A DNA stretch of 53,112 nt from Atractiella rhizophila (lineage: Eukaryota). This document shows, one piece after another, positions 1 through 12,480 of the stretch. The stretch is taken from positions 62,001 through 115,112 of the forward strand of contig MU271260.1 of the NCBI GenBank assembly GCA_021432655.1, read 5' to 3'. The notes beneath the pieces were generated by a model. That model saw nothing but the letters and a program-made list of their open reading frames with translations, was not told where the DNA came from and did no database searches. The stretch's first letter is position 1, and each line of letters starts with the position of its first letter. The translations under genes were made by a program, and so were the position numbers.

Positions 1-1559
1 ACAATCATTCAATGGAGACCAAGGCATATCAATTCATCGGAACTATACTTCACCGTGCCCTCATTTCACCATTTTTTGATGTCTGACTTTCTCTTACCGA
101 ACAGCTCGAACAACTGACGGAGGCAATGGTGCTTACGACTATCTCGCTTCCGAAGTGCCAAATCGAGATTTATTCCGTGGCAGATCCTCCACGACTTTCT
201 TGCAACCACAACAGGTGCCTTGGTCTATGCTGCACGCTCACGTCGCCTGGATCAAACCCTTGAAGTCCTTCTTATCCAGCTTGGGACAGATCACCTCGAG
301 CAACTCTTTGGAGTACTGTGTACAGTTGTCTATGGCAACTGCAGCTTTGACATGCTCCAAGCTGCCATCTCATCAGTTGCTGTCTTTGAGGTCTGTGATA
401 TCCTCCCTAGATGCTACATCATTTGTGAGCAGCATCTATGCCATTGTCAAAGCATCCATATGTTGAGCTAGCCCTTTTGGTTTGATGCGAGGCAGAATTT
501 ATTTTTGGGAAGGCTGGTTCGCTGTTCTTCTGACCAGTAGGGCTTTGCACCGTCCCGTCCATTGATTTTTGACTCTGAGACGGCAAATCCCTCAAGTCAA
601 GTGTAGCTGCTGTGTGCTCAAGTTCATCGATGCGAGGTCCCGTGATGATCCCCTGGATCTGTTCAATTTCCCCAGGAACAGTTCCAGCTTCGAGAGCATT
701 GATCCAACTCTCATAGACAGCACTTCCTCTAGCTGTTCTGGGCTGTCTCTTCTAGCCCCAAGATAGCTCACTCAGTCTGCCAAACAAAAATCAAGAGAGA
801 CACCATCAGTCCAGTCTGCACTCGAAGACCTAAGCATGAGCTCATGACAAGAAGTTTCTTCTTGCACTTGTTGATGGCTGTGTTTTATGGATAATCCCTT
901 TGTTCGAGACTGACTCCATGGGATCTCACCAGGCTATCAAATGCTTGGCAGGACCTCACTTAGTACCACTCTTCTCATGGAGGTGTATTGTGGTGTTCAA
1001 CAGGAGAATCTTAAGACGCTTCATGAGGCTGAGAATGTCGGACTGGGATTGGACAGGTGTGAGGATGAGGTCAAGAGGTCTTTCTATGCTCTCATGGCAT
1101 TTGTGCATGGAAAAGAACCTGTTCTTCGAAAGCCTCATGATCTAAATGAGGAGTGCCACACTGCTGACTTCCTTAAGAGCTGGATCTACAAGGTGGCAGA
1201 TTATATCGCTCTTCTCTCTCATACACTGCAACAAATGCTCTCATCCCATTATCAGAGTCATAACAGGCCTGGAGGCTGTGTAACTTGACAGGAGTCATAT
1301 CTCCGTTCTGATTCTTTCCTGCCTTGCCCTCTCCTTCAATGTAAGCTTCGGTGGTTGTGTAGTTAAATGCAATACTATTACATTTCATGTCACTCAATCT
1401 GTTCCTCCTTTACAAAATAAGCAAAATTGGCCAGAAAGCTGCAACGAGAGCGTGAGACCGGGCTATACTTTAAGGAGGCTACCTCATGCGATTATAGAAG
1501 AGGTTTATGTGGAAAGAAGGCTGGCGGTTCGGAATTGATCCTGAAATCAAACAAACAAT

Positions 1560-4064
1560 TTAAATGGGACTCAGGTGACCATCCACAACTGAACTTCGGC
1601 ATGACTTTTGAGACCTGGCAGGCGGTTCCGGCTCCTCTTCACGCGCTCGCTTTCCGGAGGGGCGAGAGGAGGGATAGACGACCTCGCCTCTATATGCCGA
1701 ATCTCCTTGTTTCCTCCACGCGTCGCCACCCTTCGTCAATGCCCTTTGAAATTTCTTGCGCATGTATCCATGAGAAAGCATGCGACCTGTAGCCGGTTTC
1801 GTCTTGTCGCCTCTGAACACAAATACTTGTTCGGATTCAGAGTCTTCGTCGTCTGAAAAAATTCTTCCCGCCTCCATCTCCTCCTGGAACCGGACCAGAA
1901 ATTTCAAGGATTGAAACAAGGAAAGGCAAAGCTTTTTAAGATAAGGGCTGTTAATCTTGAGATTGCCCACGTCCAGGGCTTCCAGTCGATTGTCGATTGC
2001 TAAGTCAATCTTGTCGCAAGACACTCTCTTAAACTTGTTCAACACGCGGCCTCGTTTGTTGGAAGTCATCGTACTCGGTGCGCTGCGAGCTGCAACCCAA
2101 CAGAGGACGTAGACGAAGGATTCGATGTCGTCCCTAGGTTCATGCTTGATCCAAGTTTTGTGTTGCAAAGACTCCAACAGACGAATAGACATGAACTCCC
2201 AAGTCCCCTAGCCAGCCAATCAATTTTTGGCATACCGAGAAAGAGAAAACACGTACCGTCCGTTCTGCCACATTTCCACCGTCAGTCTCCTTTTTCGCGA
2301 ACTCCCAATCGATCAAAAAACCGTGAAATTCGATCTCACAGTCCTTTTCTTCCCGAACCAAGATGATGTTCCCCACAGAAATGTCGCGGTGTAACATCTT
2401 CAACTTGTCCCAAGCATAGTAATGAGCTGAGAGTGACGTTAGAAAATGTGATGCCAATAATTCGAATCAACGAACCTTCAAGCGCGTCAGCAAGGCCTTT
2501 AACCAGCTCGTAGGTACAGCTGAACTCCGTAAGAGACTTGCCCACTTTGCTCAACACTAGGCGGGAGTGAGCTAACTGGTGAGTGAGGTCGTTATCGCCG
2601 AATTCGATGCTCGTTGACTGCAACGGTCCATCGATATCACCATTGGCCACGACGTGAAGGACGTTGGGCACTTCGGCTTCGTGTAATTCAGCATAAATGC
2701 TCGCTTCCTCCGGGTATCGAGCGTGACGCCAGGTATCCTTGAGCAACACAATGCTTTTCTGCAGTGGGTCGTACGCTTCAAAACATCGAGTTCCGCGTCC
2801 GACAGACTGGTTGTGACGGAATTTAAATGGTGCCGAGATGTAGAAGGTTTTCCCTCCAACGACGACCTTGAACAACGGATTGGTAGCTGTGATTTTGAGG
2901 GCCACCCTGGCGTGTAGAGCTTCGGGGTCGTCGTTCGAGACGGGTATCATCGTCGTGTCGATTCCTCGTTCCTCCTTCGACGCGCGAGTGAGCTCCCAAA
3001 AAAATTTACAAAGGTGTTCTTGTTGCGTCCAGTCGAATGAAGACGAAACCCAAAAACCGGCGCGGGAATGAGAGAGAAGACGTGCGGTCGTTTGGCGAAT
3101 AAAGAATGAAAAGGAACGCGTTCTTTCCTGGCAAGATAAAGCGATAGTGCTGTAAACGACTAACTGACCCCGAGTCTGAATCCCAGCCTTGGTATCCGTC
3201 TCGAATGGGAAAGGGTTGTCTCTCGAGGGCGTGGTGACCGCGGAAGGATAGGGTTGGCCGGCTACCTGTTTTGATCTGCTCTCCCCGGTCGCCAGCTTTC
3301 CGCTGGTTGCGCCACCCCCCCTTCCGCTACTCTCGGACTTGCCAACCTCTCGATCCAACTCCATATCGCTTTGTGTGTTCGGGATGTTCGCAGTGCGCCG
3401 GATGTTGTCGTCGACGGCGTTTGGAAGAACTGGGCTCGTCTTCTTTTTGTCCTTCGCCTTCTTGTCCTCCTTCGCAGCAGCTTTCGCCTCTCTGACTGAT
3501 TGGTCTTGAAATGGCTCGTCTGCCTCTTCCACTTTGAATTCCCCAACACACTGAGCCTTCTTCATAACCAAACCCACCGTCTCCGTATTGTCGTAAAGAA
3601 GGACGTCTGGCCTAACCATCTTCGCTCCGTGCACAGGCATAAAGTTGTTGTCAGACTTTCCACTCGTGTTGACCAGGATCCAACCGTCGTTCAAAAATGG
3701 TTTCAAGTATTCAATCTGAAATTGTATTAGATGGCTTCAGTTATGCAGAGATTTGACGTACCGTAGGATCATAGTGATACTTTTCTCCTTTGGGAAGAAT
3801 TGGAATCCTGCGTGCGTCCCACACCTTCTTAAACTCTACATTCTCGTCACCAGCATTAGGGAAGAAGTGTTTGAGGTAGGGTTCAGGCGCGATCTCGCGA
3901 AACTTTCCCTTTGTTTCTTCAGCAGCATTTTCATACGCCTTTTCGTTGGTTTCTTCCACAGGCGGAATGTCGTGTTCGAGATGTGAATCGCTGTTAATAC
4001 GAAGTGGAGTGATGTGTACGCTGGCTTGTGCTTGGGCTTTGTCTGAGCTCGGAGGAGTTCCCAT
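1560..4064 (-). CDS. Fungal-type protein kinase (FunK1 / Pkinase_fungal family), 4 exons, apparently intact
   Basis: Three GT-AG introns (3761-3716, 2475-2427, 2256-2208) join the ORFs in frame: YDPT|IEYLKPF, DALE-A|HYYAW, AERT|GTWEFMS. FunK1 motifs: GRGTRCF, LLKDTWR, LHRDISVGNI, GFLIDWEFA, RTGTWEFMSIRLL, HEPRDDIESFVYVLCW. Confidence 0.92.
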
Positions 4065-4224
4065 ATCGAGGTCTGTTTAATGCCAATCCCTTGTGAAAGC
4101 CGCTTCGTCGTTAACGCGTTTCGTGGAAGAATGAGGACCCCTAACCCTACATCCACCCCAGAGCCCCCAAAGTGGAAATTATGCCTCCTTACGATGGTGT
4201 CCCCACAGCTCCAGCCTCCTCCGA

Positions 4225-5920
4225 ATGCCACCAAAGAAGAAGAAGGACCTTAGTAAAAAAGAGGTGTTGGCTAAAAGGGAGCAGGACTTGGTGGAAGTAG
4301 TGAGGATTTATTGGAAGCTCCAAGAAGAGGCCGAGAGAACCAAGGACCCACAGTGCGCCATTTCCTATAGAGAACTGGCTTCACGGTATTCCTATCCAAA
4401 TGGAAATGGAGGTTTTACCTTCATGAATTATGGTACTCTTAGGTACCGGTGTCTTGGAGGGTTAAACCGGGTAGAAAGTCATCAACATCAGCGCTTGTTG
4501 AGTAAAGGAGAGGAAGCAGGACTGGTGAGCTGGATTCGGTGGGTCGGAGATTCAGGGCTTCCTCTTCATAGGAGGGGTTTATACCTGGTTGTGAAGAAGA
4601 TTGTGGGGAGGCCACCAGGGAAAGGCTGGTATTATCGTTTCATGAAGCGGCATGGAACAGAGATTTGGAGTTTCAAAGCAAATCCTTTGGATCCCAAGCG
4701 TGCAAAAGCTTTCAATCGGACATATGTCCACTCCTATTTTGATCTTCTCGAGGGGGCCATGAGAAAATATGGAATTTTATGGGATGATGTGGCAAACATG
4801 GATGAGAAGGGTTTGTAGCTGGGAGGAGGCCGGAAGATAGGAGTCCGTTGCGTAATTGGGCCTGCTGAGAGAAGAGCCATTTATCGAGCAAAGTCAGACA
4901 AGCTTGAACTGGGAACCCTTATCGAATGCGTTACTGCGAGTGGCAGCTCTCTCGCACCGCTTTTATCTTCTCAGGAAAATGATTCCAGAAGAGTTGGTTG
5001 AGTGGGCTATCGGATGATCAAAGAAAAGAGATCTTGTCTGTCCTTTTCAATCTGAAAACCTTTTCTTTTACTTATATGACTGATCTTAGCATTGCCCTCT
5101 CCGAAAATGGATGGACAGATGAGGTTTTGGGCTATCTGTGGTTCATATCAATTTAGTCCCTTACATCCAAAAGCGGCCCGATCCGACACATCCAGCTCTC
5201 CTCATTGTTGATGGCCATAGTTCTCATGCTTCTGCTCTCATCATCCGTTATGTCTGGTATTACCTCAGCAATATTGTCCACATCATTTGCCTCCCTCCTC
5301 ATACCACACACAAACTCCAGCCATTAGATGTCGGAGTTTTTGGACCGGTTGGTAAAGCTTGGAGTAAGGTCACTGATGATATGCTGGAGGACGGGTTTGA
5401 TATTTCCAAGAAGAACCTCAATATGAGGTACCTAAATATGCCGGGCGGAAGGAATGAAGCCCACAACAATTGTCAATGCGTGGGCAGCTACAGGCCCGAC
5501 GGTGTATGATTACTCAGGAATCACCTTTGTGGATCGGGACCATTTTACTGAGGCTGATTTCGCACAGGCAAGGCAGACTTCAACACACACTCAGCCACCC
5601 AACTGTGTTCCTCCTCACCTCGCCGAAAGCTCTCATTTAGAAGACCCCCTCGCTAACAGCTCTGACCCACTCTCTGACGACGGCTTCAATGACTCTCTCT
5701 CAGATTCTGGGGAACCTCCAACCATTGAGGAGGGCTTTCAGCTCATTGATGCTGAAACCTGCCTTCTACGCATGGAAGAGGTGCCTCCTCTGACGCTTAA
5801 TTCAACACAGTTACAGGCTGCTCAACTTCCACTAGAACAAGACATCTCCACTTCTTCTGCTGCTCTGGTTCTCCCAACTCCGATGAGACTCCCTTCATCC
5901 CACGCTCTCACGGTGACCCT
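4225..5920 (+). mobile_element. Degenerate pogo/Fot1-like (Tc1/mariner) transposase: CENP-B/Tc5-type HTH plus DDE_1 domain
   Basis: LLSKGEEAGLVSWI...PGKGWYYRFMKRH (HTH), NMDEKG, ENGWTD, LLIVDGHSSH, CLPPHTTHKLQPLDVGVFGP. In-frame TAG at 4816-4818 and frameshifts near 4960 and 5440. The 3' boundary is approximate and no convincing TIRs were found. Confidence 0.9.
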
Positions 5921-6089
5921 GTATACTTGGATCAACCCAAATCACTTCTATCCAAAGAAGCCACTAACCATCTTCCGCAATCGAGAGGGGCAGAGGATCC
6001 ACATCTCTGCCAAAAGCCTATCGATGTTGTTATTTCATGCCTTGTCTGGCAGCAACCTGTGTGGGACGATACGATATGGGACGGTTTAA

Positions 6090-7381
6090 GTTTCACGGTA
6101 GTGTAAATGTTTGCCTTCTTGGCAACCCTGAGGGTTGCATGGAGGCCTAATGAAAGACCTGGTGGTTTATTAGGATAGAGGGCCAAGGTAAGCCAAAATA
6201 CATACCAGTAAGGGTCTTTAAATACATGTTGCTTTCTGGGCCTCGCTCACACTCTATCCAGTGTTCGTAGATTGTCTTGATGAGGTCGGATGATGGAGAG
6301 GGATTAATCGCATCGGCTTTTATAGTTGGATCGGCAGCTCTGGATAGAACAGCTGGGAACTGCTTCAAGATTGGCTTGAATGGGCTGGAAGGCCATTTGT
6401 GACGAATCTGTTCTTCAATAGCGTACTGTTGCCAAACTCGTTTAATCTGCTGGACATGCTCCGAATGTAGCTCTGCAAAACACAAAGAGTGTATAAGTTG
6501 TTTTTTCTAAGCAAAGACAGTAATTACGCACGCTGAATCGCTTCTCCCAGTTTGCCAACATCAGTCTTTGGCCGTAATTCTGTAATAAAGTTGAACAGCT
6601 CTCGAGTGACAGCTGATGACTCCCGGAAGTAAGGTATTCCATCTATGCAAGCAACTTAGTCATGTGTTTATTAAATCATTTTAAAAAATACACGATACCT
6701 AATTCATATGGCTGAAAGTTCCTCCAAAAGTTAGGAGAGGTTGTGCTCCATTTGCCATGAGTCTGACATTTGAGAGAACAACCAATTGCTTTCAAATTGC
6801 ATGATAGCCCATAAACTGAGCGATAACCAGTTGGCGCCAGCCCCTGCTTTTCAACTTTTGCCATGCAGCCTTTGACCGGACATTTCTCCATATTATAGCC
6901 AGGAAAGTATTCAGGAGTTAGGACAAGGAGAGGTTCAACGAGAAATTTTTCCGGACAGTCAGAAACGTTTCTTCGCCGTAAATGGTCATAATCGGCAGTG
7001 GGAGGAATGAAAAGAGGTCCATAGAGGGGAAAGCAAGTGGGAATAGCTCCTTGGTTAATCTACATTTTACTTGTAACCCAGAGACTTTAAAATAAGTACA
7101 GAATAGCATACCTCTCTGTCAAGAACTCGGTTAACAATTTTCCTATATTCTAACACTTGGGCAGCAAAGAATAGTTGCCCCTCTTCTCCCATAATATTTT
7201 TATTTTTCTTCCATTTCTCCACTGTATCATTGACCGATTGACTTGTCCACATTGTTTCCCAGTCCACAAGCCAGTTTCCCTTCTTATTCCCAGCCTTCTG
7301 TCGAGTGTGGGTCTCTAGCACCTGTTTGCACAGTGCCTTCACAACAGGGGGATCGAAGATGTTGGAGGAAAACGCAGACAT
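6090..7381 (-). mobile_element. 3'-truncated multi-exon gene for an unclassified putative DNA transposase (Cys-rich N-terminal domain, DUF6729-like by recollection)
   Basis: ATG at 7381. Four GT-AG introns (about 7111-7060, 6697-6643, 6531-6473, 6206-6160) give a continuous protein: PLYGPLFIPP...CPVKGC...GYRSVYG...LKCQTH..WSTTSPNFW...GIPYFRESSAVTRELFNFITELRP...LHSEH...GLSLGLHATLRVAKKA. The last segment resembles an SxDxTFxVAxKA first-catalytic-Asp motif. The transposase call is inference. Confidence 0.55.
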
Positions 7382-7859
7382 GGCGATTGAATAAGGTCCA
7401 ATGAGCTGGCACTCTGCTGGGAGAAGGCGTGAAGGGTGGGACAGAGTGGATGTGATGAGGAGGGGTGGGGCACAAGAGAGCAATGGCCGTGGAAGTTGGT
7501 GGTCGGAAGGTGAGAAGCAAGCAGAAACAGAAAATACTGGGAGATAATTGTTAGTACAACATTCATGCAAAGAGGAAAGAAATGAGATATAACAAGAGAG
7601 GCGCACCTTTTCGCCGTGCTGCAGAAGTACACTCACAGATCAGAGAATAGAGGATGTCGGAGGAAGCTAGGTGGATGAGAAGATGGGGAAGGAAAGCGTG
7701 GCGGATGGGTAGATGGAAGAAGGAGGAAAGGACTTGCACAACTACACCAGTCCTTTCCTCCGCCTTTGCTTAGGGTTTGTGGGTCCGTCCTCCTTCCTTC
7801 TTTTCCTCATTCCATTCATGCTTTCTTCTGAGAACTCTTCTCTTCTTTCGAAGGAAGAT

Positions 7860-7991
7860 TTGGCCGTGTTTGTGGCCCCGGACACTCGGCGTGCCCGACA
7901 TCGACCAGTTTCCCCGCAGCACAAACTGGTCGACCAGTTTTCGACCAGTTTTAACCCCGACGGTCTCCGACCGCTTGGGCAACAGGTCTGC
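7860..7991 (+). repeat. Repeat A copy 1 (candidate transposon terminus, ends GGTCTGC)
   Basis: Perfect 18-bp palindrome AAACTGGTCGACCAGTTT at 7923-7940, two further GACCAGTTT motifs, then TTTAACCCCGAC...GGTCTGC. Similar to 29890-30007, 32702-32920 (inverted), 50351-50569 and 51367-51450 (inverted). Confidence 0.75.
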
Positions 7992-9329
7992 TGTCCCAGT
8001 CTTAAGTGGAGGTGGACGGATCGTCCGGAGCCTATAGATTTAGGTTCTGGACAGTATTGTCTCCCATGTCACGGTGTATGTGACTGATAAGCTGGTTTCA
8101 TCGGGCATTGATCAGATGGTGATCAGTACGTGTCTCAAAGTTCATCTACTACTAGTAAATGTGTAATATTACTATCCACGGCAATCAGCATCAATAATGT
8201 GGAGTGATAACCAACTTCCCGAGAGGTGTTCTAAGGGTGAAAATAAATCCGCCTTAGCAAGATCATTAACGTGATAAAATGTATGTTCAACAGGGTCTGG
8301 CTGAACATAGCAGCTTCGCACAATGTTGTCCGTGAGACCAAAGCTGAACCGATCTCCGCCATGTACAAGCGGCATGGTCAAAGCTCCCAAAGGTGGAAGT
8401 TGTTTGAAACGATGCTTAGATTTGTCTGCCAACGAGGTGATTAGAGTGTGCTGAATGAGTAGAAAAAACTTTATAAGATGAAAGCAAGAAGGAAGAAATA
8501 TGTAAAGGGCAAGAAGTGAAGCGTGAATGGTTTTGGGAAAAGAAAAGGGGTTGCCGCAGGGCACGGTATAAAGTGGTCAAAATGGTTGGTGTAATACGGG
8601 TTAGGAGTATTGATAATGTGCAATGTTTACGTTGAAGTACTTATCTGATTCCGTGTTCAATTTCCAATCTGTCTCAGTCATTTCTCCCTCGCACACAACC
8701 ACCATCTGTCTTCTACTCGTAGCGTCTTTTTAATCGTTACGCATTGTTGTAGTGTGCGAGGTGAGTAGCCCTTTACTTTCTTACATCTTACTTATGCCAA
8801 TGGGCACTCTTCAGGTCCCTTAACATTCCCCCTTTCGAGAGCCCCTGTTATCGTATAAGAGCACCCGGACTAGAAGGTAGGCTTAGGCCTTCTTAGTCCA
8901 CATTCTTGTCGCTTATTTCTGTCACAGAGATACTGCTACTTGACTCTGCTCGCACCCGTTAGACGTGCGACTAGTTTGGGTGTTTTTAGGTATGCTTCCT
9001 TATGTCTTATGGTATTCCTATTATCTTATGCAACTATGTGTTTTTAGCCTTATCAATTCACAGTCCGCTTGCCCCCTTATCGGCTCACCCCACGTTTGGA
9101 TCCATGCCAGGTCCAAGCTGGGTTATAGTTGGGCTACTTACCTTATGTTGGCTCGAACGGAGTAGAGTTTTAGCCCACTCCTGCTCGAGCCATATTAGTA
9201 TGCACTTCCTCATGCTTTTTCTTTTTGTATTTCAGTATTCTCTCTGTGGAGTGTGTGTGGAATGAGAATCGTTTGGTGGCTCAGATGAATTTCCAGAGAA
9301 GGGGGAGGGCTTCGGAGCAGAAAGGACTG

Positions 9330-12300
9330 ATGCATTGCTCAATAGGCTAATACCCGATTTCGCTAGTTGGCTCTTGAGATGGATACCAATCCAAGTGTAC
9401 TTGCGGAAGACAATGATCTGAAACTCATTCCCTTCAACGCAACAAGAAGATAATCGAAAAAGCTGTGCAAATGAAATTGTGCCATCTTATTTTGCAGAAT
9501 AGCGTCGTTGTATCGCGGGGCCTTCTTGTGCCAATTAGGGTGGCATCGAAGGTAATCTTCATATATCCTTTGATCAACAAACGAAGTGAATGGACAGCAG
9601 AAGAGGGTGAAGTCTTGAATCTGAATACCCGAAGTTAGCCAGCAAAAGCATGAGGATGATGTAAGGGAAGAAAGCCCTAGAATTGTCAATCTGAGGCAAT
9701 CGGTCCTGGCGCACCTGTGTTGGAGCTGAAGGATCTAGAAGTTGGAGCAGGAAAAGATGGAGGTCCGCTGCAAGGTCCTGATGTGTTTCGAATTCAGTGG
9801 ATAACTTGTCAAAGTAAGTCTGATCATGAAAGGTCCTCGACTCGCCACACAAACCGGAGCTTTCAGTGGGGCCTTGGCTTTTGTGTGGAATGGCTCGCTC
9901 GTTCTCACAACTACTTCCTTGAGGAAGTTTTGCTGCTTCGATGCGGCGGCCAATGGCTTGAAGTTGCATCATTTCGAATGCACGTTGAGCCATCTAACAC
10001 AGGATCGTGCCACAGGTTAGCATTCTGCAAAATGCTAAACATGAATGTTTGAATGGCTGCTTACTGATAGCTCCATCTCCCTCGCTATGTTGCTATGAAG
10101 CCACTTGAGCAATGATGTGCTCTTTCAGTGGACTGTGGGATCGTTCACCATGGGCTGTCATTTGATGATCCAAGGTTCCACCCTCAGCGATGAGGTCAAC
10201 AAAGTGCTGGGGTAGATGTCCTTTTGAGAACTTTGTAGACATTCCGAAATTTCGCTCAGAGTCTGTCATGTCAGCTAAACAAAAAGTATGGTGTGAGAAG
10301 AAGGACAAGACAAACCTTCAAAGCCCTTTCAATAGCTGTGAGTTTCTCCTGTCGAAGCACAAGGAATCTGTCTTCGTCTTGAACGTGCATCTTTACAATC
10401 ACCTCGAAAGCTACCAGGTCTCGTAGGGCAGGAACAGCTTCTTGCTCAAGCTCAGCTGGAAGAATCCCAATCAGGCAAACGATTAAAGACCGTAGTATAT
10501 GATATCCATACCAGCACAGTAGAGAGATTATGTGCCTTCATTGCATCTTGAATCTCCATGCAAGTAAAACTCTCTAAGTTTGTTAGGCCACGTTTAGGGG
10601 ACTGGCCAAGCATTTCAGCTTTCAAGCTATGACAAAGCCTCAAGCAGGCAAACACACACCTTCTCAGGCCGAATGGAAGACCGGCTCGTTAGTTCCTTTG
10701 CCGCTGTGACTGTCCCGCTTTTGCCCTGTGTCTCTTCATATCGAAAAAGGTCATGTCGAACCTGTTTCTGACTGCGTTTAAAAACTGGTGTGAGAGGTTG
10801 TGAAGCTCTGCTTTGGGAGCAAGGCAGATTGGACAGCGAAATTCAGACCCAATGCCAAGCAGCAATAGGAGGGTGTATCTGGAAACCGGTAAGTAAATGT
10901 TTTATCAAAGTAAAGCAATTCTCACAACTCAGCCATATCAGCCTGCAGCATGAAAATACGCGGGAATATCAACTTGTTGAAGGAGTGGCCAACTTTGCAC
11001 CTTGAACCCTACATGTTCATATCGACGAATGCCCTTCAATACAATACCAATGACTTTGTGGTATACCGAACGCTTGTACAGCCGGAATTTTTGTCCTTCT
11101 TTTGCTTATCCGTGCCAACAACCTAAATATCTCCTGGTAAGTACCTCAGAGGAGCAAGGACAACTTGAAGCTTGCTTACTTCGGGTTGACATCGAATGAG
11201 TTGGCACCCTCCTTTACTGTCACTACTCCTTTCTCGAAGAGGAACATTTGCCAGCCACATATACATGGGATGCACGGTTTTCTGTCCACACTTGACAGCG
11301 CTTGTTCCATCTGTATAAAAGATGATTGCACCGATACACCCATTTGGATTGGGAAGAGAACCCTGGAGTGTGAATGTGAGAGAATATGTGAACGTGATAT
11401 CTCCACCAGCGCCTAATAGTCCACAGCTCATCATAAATTCTCACATTGCGACATGGAACTTCCTCGGTCTGTTTGAACTTCTTGACTGGGTAGAACTGCA
11501 TCGACTCTTGTACAGTATCGTCGCAGATCACCTCTTTCATGATCTCGATAGGATCCCGTATATAGATATGATGCTTGATAGTCTTGCTCTCTAACTCCGC
11601 TGAAAGTATGTGGTGTTGGGACTGTTGATTGTGTTAGTAAGACCTCACAAATAGCTCTAAAGTGAGCCATCCCAGCCGTTACACTTCGTTTGTCCCTCCT
11701 TAATGTCTCCCTCATATCCTTAAATGAATCTAAACTGAATTCGGGGAGCCTACGTTTCTTGAGGTTCCGAAAAAATGCTGTGGTATCCGATTGTGTCATT
11801 CCTTGAAAAAGGCATGGGCAGCCATTTCATAGTTGATCTCACTTTTGAATGGATGATAGGGAGGAAGAGTCGGAACTTCACTAGCGGAGGGCATGATAGA
11901 TGGACGGTCATGACGTGAATCTGGATGGTGGTACTGGAAGTATGGGCCGCCGAGATGTTCTTTCAGATCAGGGATGATAAGTTGTCGCCTAAGGTAGATA
12001 GGATACCAGATGGAAGTGGTGTGGAGAAGAACTACCTAGAGGCCAAGGGTTGATGATGGTGCCGAAATCTGGCCCTTGATTCAGCGATTAGATCACTTTG
12101 TTTTGGATTTCGAATGGTTTAATATCAGGACACAGACAGACCTCGAGTATGCATGGCAGCGTATGGAAATGCATCAATGCCATCTTCTCGTTCTTCTGAG
12201 AAGTCTGATTCTGAGCTCATATGCTCTGTCTTGAAAACTCTTCAGCATCTCGTCCGAGCTTAATCAGCATTATGCTCACATCTTCATTCCTTCCTGCCAT

Positions 12301-12480
12301 TCTTCCATTTACTTTTACTGCCTTCCAACCTGCTGCATGTGGAACAATTGGATGTTGGCTCATACGACATTTCTTGAGCCAGCCTTTGGCATGCAAGAAG
12401 ACTTGATTGCAATCAGGGCATTCCACTTGATTGCTTGGTAGTTTCTTGAGCGTATTGATTCTAGTGTGGCGAGGAGCCTT
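9330..12480 (-). mobile_element. Degenerate Plavaka-type transposase gene
   Basis: N-terminal CPDC zinc-finger-like segment. Motifs IYDELWTIRRWW, IIFYTDGTSAVKCGQKTVHPMYMWLANVP..R, KFSKGHLPQHFVDLIAEGGTLD..TAHGERSH and LRCHPNWHKKAPRYNDAIL. Fragmented by introns, stops and frameshifts. Ends approximate. Confidence 0.75.

Noticed and set aside
1..1288. Protein-like broken ORFs on the + strand
   Set aside because: No recognisable motif or reliable splice model.
6055..6092. Candidate right TIR of the pogo element (GTGTGGGACGATACGATATGGGACGG)
   Set aside because: Only a weak match of about 10 bp near 4200, and no clear TA-flanked partner.
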